The notes: generated by a model not told the origin, from the sequence alone. Counted from the stretch's first letter, positions 43,728-54,071 are shown. The stretch is DNA of 64,000 nt from Thermodesulfovibrionales bacterium (GCA_963715195.1 CAVQRT010000031.1:128001-192000), one strand, 5' to 3'. A program made the numbers and translations.

Positions 43728-44815
43728 GCCTGCAACAACCTTTCGCGAGGGGATTCTCTATAGAGTTTTTCTATTTCCCTTACCTTGTCTTTTGCGCTGT
43801 CGTCCAGATTTTTTGGTACAGCGATTTTTATCACAAGGTATTGATTGCCCCGTATCCCTGTTCTTGGCGAAGGGAACCCCTTCCCGGAAAGCTTGAATCG
43901 CTGATTTCCCTGTGTGCCCTGCGGCAAGGTCATTGCCGCAACGCCGTCTATTGTCGGGACCTCGATCTTTGCTCCAAGTGCCGCCTCGACGAATGTTACG
44001 GGCAGATCAAGGTAAATATCGTCACCTTTCCTCTTAAAGATTGGATGGGATTTTACGGTGATTTCAATAAACAGATCACCGGAAGTGCTACCGCCTGCGC
44101 CTGCTCCTCCCATCCCCCTGAGTTTTACCCTGGAACCGTTGTCCGCCCCACCCGGGATCTTTACCCTGAGGGTTTCAGTGTGAATGGTCGTGCCGGTTCC
44201 TCGGCATGCTGAACAGACCTTGGTGACTTTTCTCCCCGTCCCTCCGCATGCACTGCAGGGCTGGGACATGCTGAAAAACCCTTTTGCGGTTTTAATACTT
44301 CCAGTACCTTTGCATACATTGCAAGCCTCAGATGATTCGGCCCCGGAGCCTTTACAGCTCCTGCACGTGATTTCCCTGTTAAAGGTGATCGTTTTGGTAA
44401 CGCCGGAAAAGGCCTCTTCAAGGGAGAGTTCGAGCCCCATGACCATGTCCGGGCCTTTGGCACGATAGGCTTCAGGCCTTGTTTTTGTCCCGAAAAGATC
44501 AGAGAATATGTCACCGAATCCTCCGTACTCAAATCCCTCCCTGAAATCGTATGACCTGAATCCTTCGAACCCGGGCCCGCCAGCCCGGAATTGTGTACTG
44601 CCGAACTGGTCGTATTGGGCTTTCTTCTTCGGGTCACCGAGCACCTCATACGCCTCATTGATTTCTTTGAATTTCTGTTCGGAAACCTTGTCGCCGGGAT
44701 TGAGGTCAGGGTGATATTTACGCGCAAGTTTCCTGTACGCCTTTTTTATTTCATCCGGTGAGGTGTCTTTCGTGACCCCGAGAATTTTATAAAAATCCTT
44801 ATCCTCTGATGCCAT
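43724..44815 (-). CDS. dnaJ: Molecular chaperone DnaJ
   Basis: J domain with HPD, G/F region, four CxxCxGxG repeats. Confidence 0.96.
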   Translation of the reverse strand: MASEDKDFYKILGVTKDTSPDEIKKAYRKLARKYHPDLNPGDKVSEQKFKEINEAYEVLGDPKKKAQYDQFGSTQFRAGGPGFEGFRSYDFREGFEYGGFGDIFSDLFGTKTRPEAYRAKGPDMVMGLELSLEEAFSGVTKTITFNREITCRSCKGSGAESSEACNVCKGTGSIKTAKGFFSMSQPCSACGGTGRKVTKVCSACRGTGTTIHTETLRVKIPGGADNGSRVKLRGMGGAGAGGSTSGDLFIEITVKSHPIFKRKGDDIYLDLPVTFVEAALGAKIEVPTIDGVAAMTLPQGTQGNQRFKLSGKGFPSPRTGIRGNQYLVIKIAVPKNLDDSAKDKVREIEKLYRESPRERLLQA

Positions 44816-44834
44816 TTTTTATCCAATCGTTCAA

Positions 44835-44864
44835 AGCATAACATTTGAGTAGCTTTTTGTCAAT
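44835..44864 (-). promoter_or_regulatory. sigma70 promoter of dnaJ-hspR-clpB overlapped by a HAIR-like operator
   Basis: Minus strand TTGACA-17nt-TATGCT with extended TG; ATTGACA-N7-ACTCAAA resembles HAIR CTTGAGT-N7-ACTCAAG. Confidence 0.7.
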
Positions 44865-45026
44865 TGCTTTATTATGATATGATTCATAAATATTCTATGG
44901 TAAATTACTCCCTATGCATACCGCGCGCGGTTCCAATGTTTGTCATTCCCTCTCGGCTGGAATCGTTCTGATTCATTTATAATTCTTTATGCATCGGAAT
45001 AGAATGCAGGTTTTCAGGTGGCTGTT

Positions 45027-45575
45027 ATGTATCCGTTAAAAGTCATCGAAAAATATTACGCACACGGCTCAACGGCATATCATTTCCTGACAGAGCACAG
45101 CAGGATGGTCGCGGAAAAGGCTGTCCAGATTGCCAGGCGGGTCGGGTATCTCAACCCTGATCTGAATTTTATACGGGAAGCAGCACTGCTCCACGATATC
45201 GGGATTCTCTTTACCGATGAGCCGGGAATCGGATGCTATGGATATAAGCCATATATCTGTCATGGTTACATGGGACGGGAGCTTCTGGAGAATGAGGGAT
45301 TTCCGGTCCATGCCCTTGTCTGTGAAAGGCATGTGGGCGTTGGGATTACCCGGCAGGAGATCGAAGAAAACGGGTTGCCGGTTCCTGCGCGGGACATGGT
45401 ACCTGTCACCATTGAAGAGCAGATTATCTGTTATGCCGACAAATTTTTCTCAAAGGATACGGAATTCCTTCTCCGTGAAAAAGCACTTGAGAAGGTCAGA
45501 CAAAGCATTGCCAAATACGGGGAAGACAAATTAGAGCAGTTTGATGAGTGGGTAAAACTGTTCGGGATGACATGA
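45027..45575 (+). CDS. HD domain phosphohydrolase (HDIG)
   Basis: EHSRMV, ALLHDIG, CERHVG, ICYADKF. Confidence 0.88.
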   Translation: MYPLKVIEKYYAHGSTAYHFLTEHSRMVAEKAVQIARRVGYLNPDLNFIREAALLHDIGILFTDEPGIGCYGYKPYICHGYMGRELLENEGFPVHALVCERHVGVGITRQEIEENGLPVPARDMVPVTIEEQIICYADKFFSKDTEFLLREKALEKVRQSIAKYGEDKLEQFDEWVKLFGMT

Positions 45576-45596
45576 AAATATTTATTCAACAACCTG

Positions 45597-46364
45597 TTAA
45601 TAATCAATCCTCTCGAGAAACAGGCCGTTTGAAGGGGATGTCTGCCCCGCATTTTTTCTGTCGCGTGATTCGAGTATCTCTCTCATTTTTTTTGACGGCA
45701 TTCTTCCCCTCCCAATCTCGACAAGAGTCCCGACGATATTCCTGACCATGTGCCTGAGAAATCCGTTTGCCTCGGCGGTTATTTTTATAAAGGTGCCCTC
45801 CAGAGCAACCCCCATGAATAGCACCCTGTCAAGTTTTTCCACACCCAAGGAACAGACCTCCCTCACCGTATTTTTCATATCGCTGCCAGTCCCCATGAAC
45901 GCCAAAAAATCATGTTTCCCGATGAGTACATGCGAAGCCTCTTCCATTATGCTTATGTCGAGCATCTGCGGGACTATCCAGGCATATTTGAAAAGGAAAG
46001 CTGATGATACTCTCTGATTTACGATTATGTAAAAATAGCGCTTCCTGAGGGCATCATCGCGTGGATGAAATGCATCATGAACCTCTTCGGCAGCCAGGAC
46101 TCTGATGTCCTGCGGCAACAGTGCATTCAGTGCCCTCCTGATTGTCCCGGCATCAAGATGAGATGCGGTTCTGAACGTCGCAACCTGTCCGAATGCATGC
46201 ACTCCTGCATCGGTCCTGCTCGCTCCGATAACAGGAGACTCTTCGCCAGTGAGACGGAAAACTTTTTCCTCGAGAATGCCCTGTATGGTTACCGCATCTT
46301 TCTGCACCTGCCAGCCTTTGTATGCGCTTCCATCGTATTCAAGGAGGAGTCTTATTTTTCTCAT
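45597..46364 (-). CDS. truA: tRNA pseudouridine(38-40) synthase
   Basis: YDGSAYKGWQ, SRTDAGVHA, FLRHMVRNIVG. Confidence 0.97.
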   Translation of the reverse strand: MRKIRLLLEYDGSAYKGWQVQKDAVTIQGILEEKVFRLTGEESPVIGASRTDAGVHAFGQVATFRTASHLDAGTIRRALNALLPQDIRVLAAEEVHDAFHPRDDALRKRYFYIIVNQRVSSAFLFKYAWIVPQMLDISIMEEASHVLIGKHDFLAFMGTGSDMKNTVREVCSLGVEKLDRVLFMGVALEGTFIKITAEANGFLRHMVRNIVGTLVEIGRGRMPSKKMREILESRDRKNAGQTSPSNGLFLERIDY

Positions 46365-46617
46365 GGGTTACATATTACCACCAGCAACACCCTCCCGCAA
46401 TGAGGAAATACAGAATAAACCGATCAGGATATATCAAAATTCTGTTCTCGAGAAAAGAACAGAAAGATGCTGCAAGATATGTTTTAAGATCATACCCTTT
46501 GAAATGTATGAATTAAATGGGATCGGTGGAGGAAAAGTGAAAGCAAGTCCCTGTTTGTAAAAAAGAATTATTGCAGTACAGAGGGCATTGAAGCATCGAA
46601 ACTTTTTGGAAACAAAT

Positions 46618-47076
46618 TCAGTTTACCGTTTTGATGAACGGAGAGCGTTTCTCACGGCATGATTTTTTAACGGCGAGCAGTCCTTCTACCGTATTCTGCA
46701 GTTCAGCGATGTTGACGGGCTTTCTGAAGAAATCCCGTGCACCGGCCCTGAAGGCCCTCAGAACGACACCATCGAGGCTTACGTCAGTGATAAAGATGTT
46801 CGGTATATTCGGACAGCACATTTTGTTCTCTTTCAGTATCTTCAGCCCTTCATCAACATCCACATTGCAATCGAGCAGGATGAGATCAACCTGACATTCT
46901 TTCACGGCATCATGGGCTTTGCTGAACGGGCATACCTCGATCTTTTCATCTGTCAAAAAAAGGTTGCTGAATAATTCCTCTTTTCCCCGATCGGTAAGGA
47001 CGAGAACTTTACCGCTGCGTTTTTCAGTCACGGTAATTTCCAGACACACGCATTCTTGTATGGAATCTTGCAGCAT
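46618..47076 (-). CDS. Stand-alone atypical response regulator receiver protein
   Basis: DLILLDC, AFRAGARDFFRKPV; no output domain. Confidence 0.75.
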   Translation of the reverse strand: MLQDSIQECVCLEITVTEKRSGKVLVLTDRGKEELFSNLFLTDEKIEVCPFSKAHDAVKECQVDLILLDCNVDVDEGLKILKENKMCCPNIPNIFITDVSLDGVVLRAFRAGARDFFRKPVNIAELQNTVEGLLAVKKSCREKRSPFIKTVN

Positions 47077-47194
47077 GGATGTTCATTCTCCAGTGAGATG
47101 TTGATGCATCATAGTGGTACAAAAGCCTGTTCATATTCTTCGAGATAACCATATCATAATAATCTGCAGTTGTCTATGAAGATATTGCTTTTTT

Positions 47195-48058
47195 TCATGG
47201 GGTTCTTGCTTTTTTGAAAATATTTTTTCCTCTGTCTTTTTTCTGAGCCTTCTTTCTTAATGGGTTCTTGGTTTTTTTCTTGATTTTCTCCTTAATTTTT
47301 TTCCTGGTTTTTTTCCTTGAAAGTTTATATTTGATCGGTGTCTTGCCGGTAAACTGCTTGAACTGAACGGTAAAACTGCTCATGTCATTGAACCCCACCG
47401 AAGAGGCAACCATAGAGATCGGTACATCTTCCTTTCTGAGGAGCTCCCGTGCTTTTGCTATCCTCCTGGAGAGCAGATATTTCATCGGGCTCATGCCGAT
47501 ATGTTTCTTGAAAAATCTGCAGAAATGATATTTGCTGATGTCTGCTTTTTCAGCGAGCTCATCAAGACTAGTCGGAGTTGAAAGGTTATCTTCGATGTGC
47601 CTCATAACATTAATGAGATTGACGGGATGACTCGTTGTCAGTTGCTTGAGCGCGTCTTTTTTGCGAGATGCGGTATTCTTGAACGGACGCCTTCGCTCCA
47701 CCGATGATTTTTTGACAGAGAGAATACCGTCGACAGTCTCCTTGAGTTCAAAAAGGTTGACAGGCTTCTTGAAAAAGTCGCGTGCCCCTGCTTTGAAAGC
47801 ATCCAGTACCGCGTCTTCAGTGCTCAGTTCGGCAAGAAAGATAACCGGTATGGTCGGATACCGGGCCTTGATATTCTTCAGAGTATTGAGGCCGTCTTTC
47901 ACATCTGAACTGCAGTCGAGAAGGATGAGGTCAGCCTCACAGGTTTTGATGAACTCCTGAGATTCCGGTGGAGTGCATTCGAGCAGTTGATTATCCGGTG
48001 AATCGAATGTGCTGTAAAGTTTATGAAAACCTTTTTCTGCAATAATTAAAATAGGCAT
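47195..48058 (-). CDS. Response regulator with AraC-type HTH and Lys-rich tail
   Basis: DLILLDC...GARDFFKKPV receiver; SKYHFCRFFKK, VGFNDMSSF AraC HTH. Confidence 0.88.
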   Translation of the reverse strand: MPILIIAEKGFHKLYSTFDSPDNQLLECTPPESQEFIKTCEADLILLDCSSDVKDGLNTLKNIKARYPTIPVIFLAELSTEDAVLDAFKAGARDFFKKPVNLFELKETVDGILSVKKSSVERRRPFKNTASRKKDALKQLTTSHPVNLINVMRHIEDNLSTPTSLDELAEKADISKYHFCRFFKKHIGMSPMKYLLSRRIAKARELLRKEDVPISMVASSVGFNDMSSFTVQFKQFTGKTPIKYKLSRKKTRKKIKEKIKKKTKNPLRKKAQKKDRGKNIFKKARTP

Positions 48059-48158
48059 CGTATATTCCCAGATGTGAGAGCAAGATAAGTATAAAAATTT
48101 TATTAAAAAAAAGGATATTTATCAACATAAATCGTCATTGATTTTATGATCTATGCTC

Positions 48159-49409
48159 TTAAGGCAGGGCAAAGAAGACATCTATTTCGTCAGACCTGAT
48201 TTCGCCCTGACTGCCATCAGAGAGGAGTTTCCATTTCAATGTTCCGGAGTGGAGTTCATCGTCTCCCATAATCAAAACATATTGAGCGGATACCCTGTCA
48301 GCCCGTCGCATCTGGCTTTTGAGTGAATTTCCGGCGTAACCGAGTTCGGCCCATATACCCTTCTGTCTGAGCCTGTCGGCGATGACAAGCCCCTCTTTCC
48401 ACGCGGATTCTCCGAGTGCTGCAATAAAGACTTTTGGTGAAGGAATCTCCTGCCCGGCAGTCAGCTTCAGGAGGGATGCAATGCGTTCCATCCCTATTGC
48501 AAACCCGATTGCTGGAGTAGGGGGGCCGCCGAAATCCTCTACAAGCCGGTCATAGCGTCCTCCTGCAGCTACCGCATTCTGGGCCCCGAGGTGCCTGCAG
48601 GTAACCTCAAAAGTTGTCCTTGTATAGTAATCAAGGCCTCTGACCATCTCAGGGTTTATCTCATAGGGTATAGCGAGCAGTTCCGCATATGACAGGAGCG
48701 CCTCAAAATGCTCCCTGCATTCGGCGCAAAGATAATTCGTCACGTGCGGAGACCCTTCCCTCAGTTTTATGCAAGCATCAACCTTGCAATCGAGAATACG
48801 GAGCGGATTGTGGTCGTATCTCCTCTTGCAGTCCGGACAAAAGCCGCTGAGCCTGTCCGAGAAGAAATGAAGGAGAGCCTTTCTGTAGTCTGGCCTGCAT
48901 GTATCACAGCCTATTGAATTGATCCCGAAATTCAGATCTTTCAGCCCGAGACGTTCAAAAAATAGTTTGAGCATCGAGAGGATCTCTGCATCGATCTTCG
49001 GTTCTGCAATACCGAATGCCTCGGCGCCAAGCTGATAGAACTGCCTGAAGCGTCCCGACTGGGGCCTTTCATATCTGAACATGGGACCAGAGTAAAAAAA
49101 TTTTTGCGGTGCCGGTAGATTATAGAGATGCTGTTCAACGTAGCATCTTACAACCGGGGCTGTTCCCTCAGGCCGGAGGGTAATGTTTCTCCCGGCCTTA
49201 TCGGTGAAGGTATACATCTCTTTTTCAACGATGTCAGTTGTTTCACCGATACTCCTGGTGAAGACTTCTGTTGACTCGATGACAGGCGCCCGCAATTCTT
49301 GAAAGCCATAGGCGGCGAAGACATTCTTTGCAACCGTCTCTGCTTTCTGCCACAGGTAAACATCGGGGGGGAAGATATCGTGGACGCCCTTAAGGGCTGC
49401 GTACTTCAT
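48159..49409 (-). CDS. hisS: Histidine--tRNA ligase
   Basis: LRPEGTA, FRYERPQSGRFRQF, VRGLDYY, GGRYD. Confidence 0.98.
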   Translation of the reverse strand: MKYAALKGVHDIFPPDVYLWQKAETVAKNVFAAYGFQELRAPVIESTEVFTRSIGETTDIVEKEMYTFTDKAGRNITLRPEGTAPVVRCYVEQHLYNLPAPQKFFYSGPMFRYERPQSGRFRQFYQLGAEAFGIAEPKIDAEILSMLKLFFERLGLKDLNFGINSIGCDTCRPDYRKALLHFFSDRLSGFCPDCKRRYDHNPLRILDCKVDACIKLREGSPHVTNYLCAECREHFEALLSYAELLAIPYEINPEMVRGLDYYTRTTFEVTCRHLGAQNAVAAGGRYDRLVEDFGGPPTPAIGFAIGMERIASLLKLTAGQEIPSPKVFIAALGESAWKEGLVIADRLRQKGIWAELGYAGNSLKSQMRRADRVSAQYVLIMGDDELHSGTLKWKLLSDGSQGEIRSDEIDVFFALP

Positions 49410-49891
49410 TCCTCCTGCTGTGCCTCCTCCTCTTGTTCCTCACTCCGCTCTTTATCAAATTCAAGCATTCGCAGATGGCTCTCGACGAGCCTTTTCACTT
49501 CTTCCTTGAAATGGCGCCTGATCCCTTTCAGATCAACGATATCTTCATGGATCTTGATGACCTTTTCCTGTGCCTCGTTGAGAAGGGATTCGGCCCTGAG
49601 TTCCGCCTCTTTCACCACCAGTTCCGCCTCTTTGCGCGCATTAATCTTGTAGTCTTCAACCATCTGCTGGGCTGTGAGGAGCGTCTCCCTGAGCGTGGTT
49701 TCCATATCCCTGTATTCTTTCATCTGATTATCCAGCCGCTGGGTGTTTTCCTTGAGATTGGCGTTTTCTCGGAGCAGGTCCTCCATCTCCTCCCTGATCA
49801 CCTCAAGGAATGCGTAAACTTCTTCAACATCAAAACCCCTCAGCTTCATGGGGAACTGTTTCTGCTGGATATCAAGCGGCGTTATCCTCAT
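49406..49891 (-). CDS. DivIVA domain protein
   Basis: MRITPLDIQQKQF..LRGFDVEEV, coiled coil. Confidence 0.92.
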   Translation of the reverse strand: MRITPLDIQQKQFPMKLRGFDVEEVYAFLEVIREEMEDLLRENANLKENTQRLDNQMKEYRDMETTLRETLLTAQQMVEDYKINARKEAELVVKEAELRAESLLNEAQEKVIKIHEDIVDLKGIRRHFKEEVKRLVESHLRMLEFDKERSEEQEEEAQQEE

Positions 49892-50202
49892 AAGACAATG
49901 CCTCCTTTCAATTTGTAGGCAAGCTCTATCAAAGACTGAATCAGAAAATACTTGACAAACAGTATGGCGAGAATGACGATCATTGGTGACAGGTCAATAA
50001 AGCCGGTTCTGAATCCGATAAACTTTCTGACTTGTCTCAGGAGAGGTTCGGTGACGGCATGCAGGAATCTGACGATCGGGTTGTACGGATCGGGATTGAC
50101 CCAGCTGATGAGCGCAGATATGATAACGATCCACATATATGCAGAGAGCAGTATATTCAGAATATTTCCGATTGCGAGAATCAGATTCGCAAAGATAAAC
50201 AT
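49888..50202 (-). CDS. yggT: YggT family membrane protein
   Basis: SWVNPDPYNP, TEPLL, IDLSP. Confidence 0.93.
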   Translation of the reverse strand: MFIFANLILAIGNILNILLSAYMWIVIISALISWVNPDPYNPIVRFLHAVTEPLLRQVRKFIGFRTGFIDLSPMIVILAILFVKYFLIQSLIELAYKLKGGIVL

Positions 50203-50990
50203 TATTCTTTTCTCCCCAATTCCCTTGATCTGTTTGCAGCTGCATGGATCGCAGCCTGAACGACATTGGTAAGCCCCTGGCCTTCGAAAACCTGAAGCCC
50301 TGCGGCAGTGGTCCCACCGGGTGATGTCACCATTTCCCTGAGCTTTGCGGGAGGCATCCCGGAATCAAGGAGCTTTGCAGTTCCAATGAAGGTCTGAATC
50401 GCAAGTTCTGAGGCATTCTCATTTGTTAATCCCAGGGTGACCCCTGCCTCAATCATCTTTTCGGCAAACAGAGCAAAGAACGCAGGCCCGCTTCCTGAAA
50501 GGGCGGTTACCGCGTCCATGTATTTTTCCGGGAGAACGAGGACTTTCCCGACAGACATAAATATTTCCCGGATCAAGCCCATTTCTTTGTCATGAATGCA
50601 TTCGCACAGAGAGAGGACAGACATACCCTCCTGCACGAGCGCAGGGGTATTCGGCATTACCCGTATTATTTTTGAAGTTTTCAGCCTCGATGAGAGATAG
50701 GACAGAGGTATCCCGGCAGCTATTGAGACTATGCATGCATCTTTCGGGATAACACCGGAAATCTCGGCGGTTACCTCATCCATATTCTGAGGCTTTACGG
50801 CAAGGATAATAGTTGTGCACTGTTTACACAGTACTGTGTTATCTGAAGTCGTCTTAATAGCGTATGTTTTTTCGAGATATGCGCGCCTCTCCTCCCGAGG
50901 CTCGGAGACCGCGATGTCCTTCACGCCGCTCTGCAGAATTCCCTTTATCAGTGCTTCTGCCATATTGCCCCCGCCGATGAACCCGATCAT
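50202..50990 (-). CDS. proC: Pyrroline-5-carboxylate reductase
   Basis: IGGGNMA, RVMPNTP, SGSGPA, VTSPGGTT. Confidence 0.97.
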   Translation of the reverse strand: MIGFIGGGNMAEALIKGILQSGVKDIAVSEPREERRAYLEKTYAIKTTSDNTVLCKQCTTIILAVKPQNMDEVTAEISGVIPKDACIVSIAAGIPLSYLSSRLKTSKIIRVMPNTPALVQEGMSVLSLCECIHDKEMGLIREIFMSVGKVLVLPEKYMDAVTALSGSGPAFFALFAEKMIEAGVTLGLTNENASELAIQTFIGTAKLLDSGMPPAKLREMVTSPGGTTAAGLQVFEGQGLTNVVQAAIHAAANRSRELGRKE

Positions 50991-51051
50991 GTACTCTCCT
51001 CTCTCTGATGATTGTGCAACCATTATACTACAAAAGGCCGGACCGGAAAAT

Positions 51052-51786
51052 TCATTGAAAGAGAGTGCCCTCCGGTCTTATGTCTGCCCTTTTTGGATGG
51101 GCCCTTTCCCCAAAAATCGCGGTCCCGATCCTGACCATAGTGGCTCCCTCTAAAATTGCCGCTTCAAAGTCATGAGTCATCCCCATGGAGAGTTCCGGAA
51201 GTCTGAACCCTTCAGCTTCTGCACGATCCCGCAGTTGCCTCAATTTTCTGAAAAATGGCCTCGCCATTTCCGGATTATCGAAGAGCGGCGGCATAGTCAT
51301 CAGTCCCTCAATGCTCAAATGCTTCATTCCTGCCGCTTCATGGAGCAGTTTCATGAAAATTTCTTCAGAAACACCGGATTTTGATTCTTCCTCCGAGAGT
51401 TTGACCTGTATCAGAATCTTCTGGATTTTCCCCAGCTTTCCCGCGTGCCTGTCGATCTCTCCTGCGAGGCCTGATGAGTCGACTGAGTGGATTAGATCGA
51501 AGAGCTGCACAGCAGCCCCGGACTTGTTTTTCTGGAGATGTCCGATCAGATGCCATTCCACGGCATAATCCGGCATGTGATGTTGCAGATGTGCAATTTT
51601 TTCTTTTGCCTCCTGCACTCTGTTTTCCCCAAAAACCCTCAAACCCAGTTCTATGGCTTCCTTTATTTTCAGGACATCAACAGTTTTCGTGGCAGCAACG
51701 AGCTTGACATCAAAAGGATTGCGCCCGGACCGTATGGCTGCAGAAGATATTTTCCTGTAGATATCCTTGATATTCTCAAGAAGCAT
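51052..51786 (-). CDS. yggS: PLP homeostasis protein YggS
   Basis: FGENRVQE, WHLIGHLQKNK, LSMGMT, VRIGTAIFG. Confidence 0.96.
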   Translation of the reverse strand: MLLENIKDIYRKISSAAIRSGRNPFDVKLVAATKTVDVLKIKEAIELGLRVFGENRVQEAKEKIAHLQHHMPDYAVEWHLIGHLQKNKSGAAVQLFDLIHSVDSSGLAGEIDRHAGKLGKIQKILIQVKLSEEESKSGVSEEIFMKLLHEAAGMKHLSIEGLMTMPPLFDNPEMARPFFRKLRQLRDRAEAEGFRLPELSMGMTHDFEAAILEGATMVRIGTAIFGERAHPKRADIRPEGTLFQ

Positions 51787-51865
51787 GTTATGAATGATCA
51801 CAGAGTTTTCCTTGTTTCAAACGAAGCCCGAAATCTCTTTGCGGCATACTATGTTGTGTATTTTA

Positions 51866-53503
51866 TCATCTATTCCAGGAAAGGGCTTCCATGTATTCTG
51901 TCCATAATTTCTCTTTTGCTATACCCATGTCAATAAAATCCCAGGGAAGAATTTCTTCAAAATCCTTTTTTCTGAATATATAGAAGTTTTTATCGATTCC
52001 TGCAATTGCCGCTGCCGTGCTCCATTCCGCTGTTGCGGGCATCTCCATGAGCATATGTGATAATTGCCTGTCACCCATGGAAAACAATCCCTGCATGTAT
52101 GCATACTTGGGAACATCATGGAACACCCTGATACCTCGAACCGGCATAAGGGCTTTCTTGATTAATTTTAATCGTTCCTTTACCTCGGTGATATCCTCCA
52201 TGGGATGCCACTGAAAGGGCGTAAAGGGCTTTGGTACGAATGTGCTGATACTGAGCGTAAGACAGCCTTTTGGCGCGGCATTCCGGATCTTCATCACAAG
52301 ATCAACAATCCCGGATACATCTTCCCTCGTTTCAGTGGGAAGACCGACCATGAAATACAGCCTCAGGGTCTCTATGCCCTGCGCAAACAGGAGCCGTGAA
52401 GTTGAGAGGATATCTTCCTCACTGATCTTTTTGCTTATAACCTTCCGAAGCCGCTCTGTTCCGGCCTCAGGCGCAATCGAAATGCTCTTATGCCCTCCCA
52501 TCAGGGCAACTAATTCCGCACTCTTTCTGCCTGCCCTGAGAGAGGTGATCGAAAATTCTACGCCGGGAATCTGCAGCACTTCCTTGATATGTGCATAATC
52601 GGAAAGGGAGGGCCCTATGAGGCCGATTCGTCTTGTCTTGCCGCGGGCCGCGTGAATATCCTCGCTGATATCCCGGAGCTCTTTTATTCTCGGAGGACTG
52701 TATATTTTCCCTGCAACGCAGTATCTGCAGTTCCAGGGACAGCCCCTCATGGCTTCAATCAGATACATATCAGAGAATTCTGTTTCAGGAGTAATGATCG
52801 AGGTCCTGATTTCAGTGCAGGAAAGATCTTTCAGATACCTCCGTTTTACCTGATGAGCTGCGCCTTCTGATGCGATTCTCTCAGAAATTTTTTCTCCCGG
52901 ATCGCGGAAAATACGGTAGAAGCACGGAACATATACTCCCTCAATGGAGAGGGATTTCCTCAGAAGATCACTTCTGTCTTCAGCGGTCCTATAAATCCCA
53001 AGAAATTCCGGCAGCATTTCATCTGCCTCACCGATGAAGCAGAGATCAAAAAAGTCGGCAACAGGTTCCGGATTAAAGAACGTGCATGCCCCACCCATTA
53101 TGAGAAACGGGTTTCGCGGGCTTCTCCGGGAGCTCATCAGGGGAATCTTTGCCAACTGAAGGATTCTGGCGATATTCGGATAGTCGTTTTCAAAAGATAC
53201 AGAGAAGGCAACGATATCAAATCTGTTCAAAGGACGTTTCGACTCCATTGAAAAAAGCTCAATCCCGGTTCTGATATGTTCGTCATAATCCTTTTCATCC
53301 GGCAAAAAAGCCCTCTCACAGACGACGTCTTTCATGCTGTTCAGCAGACCGTAGATACCCTGGAATCCGAGGTTTGACATCCCGACGTGATATGTATTCG
53401 GATAAACAAGGGCAATGGTGATCTTTCCGCCAGGGTCCTTGTAAACGGTCCCTCTTTCTCTCGACAAGAGATGGTCGATTTTTTCTTTGAGTTTTCGGCT
53501 CAC
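51866..53503 (-). CDS. Radical SAM protein with B12-binding-like N-terminal domain (uncharacterised)
   Basis: YPNTYHVGMSNLG, RGCPWNCRYC, APEAGTERLR, FVPKPFTPFQW. Confidence 0.85.
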   Translation of the reverse strand: MSRKLKEKIDHLLSRERGTVYKDPGGKITIALVYPNTYHVGMSNLGFQGIYGLLNSMKDVVCERAFLPDEKDYDEHIRTGIELFSMESKRPLNRFDIVAFSVSFENDYPNIARILQLAKIPLMSSRRSPRNPFLIMGGACTFFNPEPVADFFDLCFIGEADEMLPEFLGIYRTAEDRSDLLRKSLSIEGVYVPCFYRIFRDPGEKISERIASEGAAHQVKRRYLKDLSCTEIRTSIITPETEFSDMYLIEAMRGCPWNCRYCVAGKIYSPPRIKELRDISEDIHAARGKTRRIGLIGPSLSDYAHIKEVLQIPGVEFSITSLRAGRKSAELVALMGGHKSISIAPEAGTERLRKVISKKISEEDILSTSRLLFAQGIETLRLYFMVGLPTETREDVSGIVDLVMKIRNAAPKGCLTLSISTFVPKPFTPFQWHPMEDITEVKERLKLIKKALMPVRGIRVFHDVPKYAYMQGLFSMGDRQLSHMLMEMPATAEWSTAAAIAGIDKNFYIFRKKDFEEILPWDFIDMGIAKEKLWTEYMEALSWNR

Positions 53504-53708
53504 GGTATTAGCGAATTCCCGGTCTTTTCTTTTATACTAATTGTATGAAATGCAAGGAGTGCGGCGGAAAGTTACGGCTCGTTTTCGGTTGAAGGAGCAC
53601 AACACTAAACTGCACGGAGTGCGGTAAGATATACTCCATCGAGGAGTATACCGGTACCATGGATACCGATGCATGGGAACAGATATCCCAGCGCCCCTGC
53701 GACAGGGT

Positions 53709-54071
53709 TTAATCAATCCTTCCCTCCTGTTTGAGTCTGGTGATAAGCTCCAATATTCCTGGTATGGCCACGTCAATGATGTCATTTTTTTCTATTGAGA
53801 AAGACAGCTGCTGGAGTTCAAAAGCATCAAAACCGTATGTGTACAGAGCGCCGACAAAACTGCCTGCACTCGTAGCCACGATCATATGAACAGGAAGCTT
53901 ATTGGACTCAAGCACCTTCAGTACGCCGATATGTGCGAATCCCTTTGATGCACCCGCCCCCGGCTCGGTCGCAATCTTTGCCGGTTTTGGGGGTGGCTGA
54001 ATCTCTCCCGGAGCACAGGAGCACATGCAGAAAAGCAATGATAAGGATATGAGAACGATATCTTTGATCAT
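53709..54071 (-). pseudogene. Truncated patatin-like phospholipase (lipoprotein)
   Basis: GAGASKGFAHIGVLK and ATSAGS (degenerate GxSxG), then stops without the DGG catalytic-Asp motif. Confidence 0.7.

Noticed and set aside
51866..53503. Radical SAM gene as the maturase for the SbtA-like leader
   Set aside because: It lies 36 kb away in a housekeeping context, has a B12-binding-like N-terminus, and shows no Cys-rich SPASM-type C-terminus.
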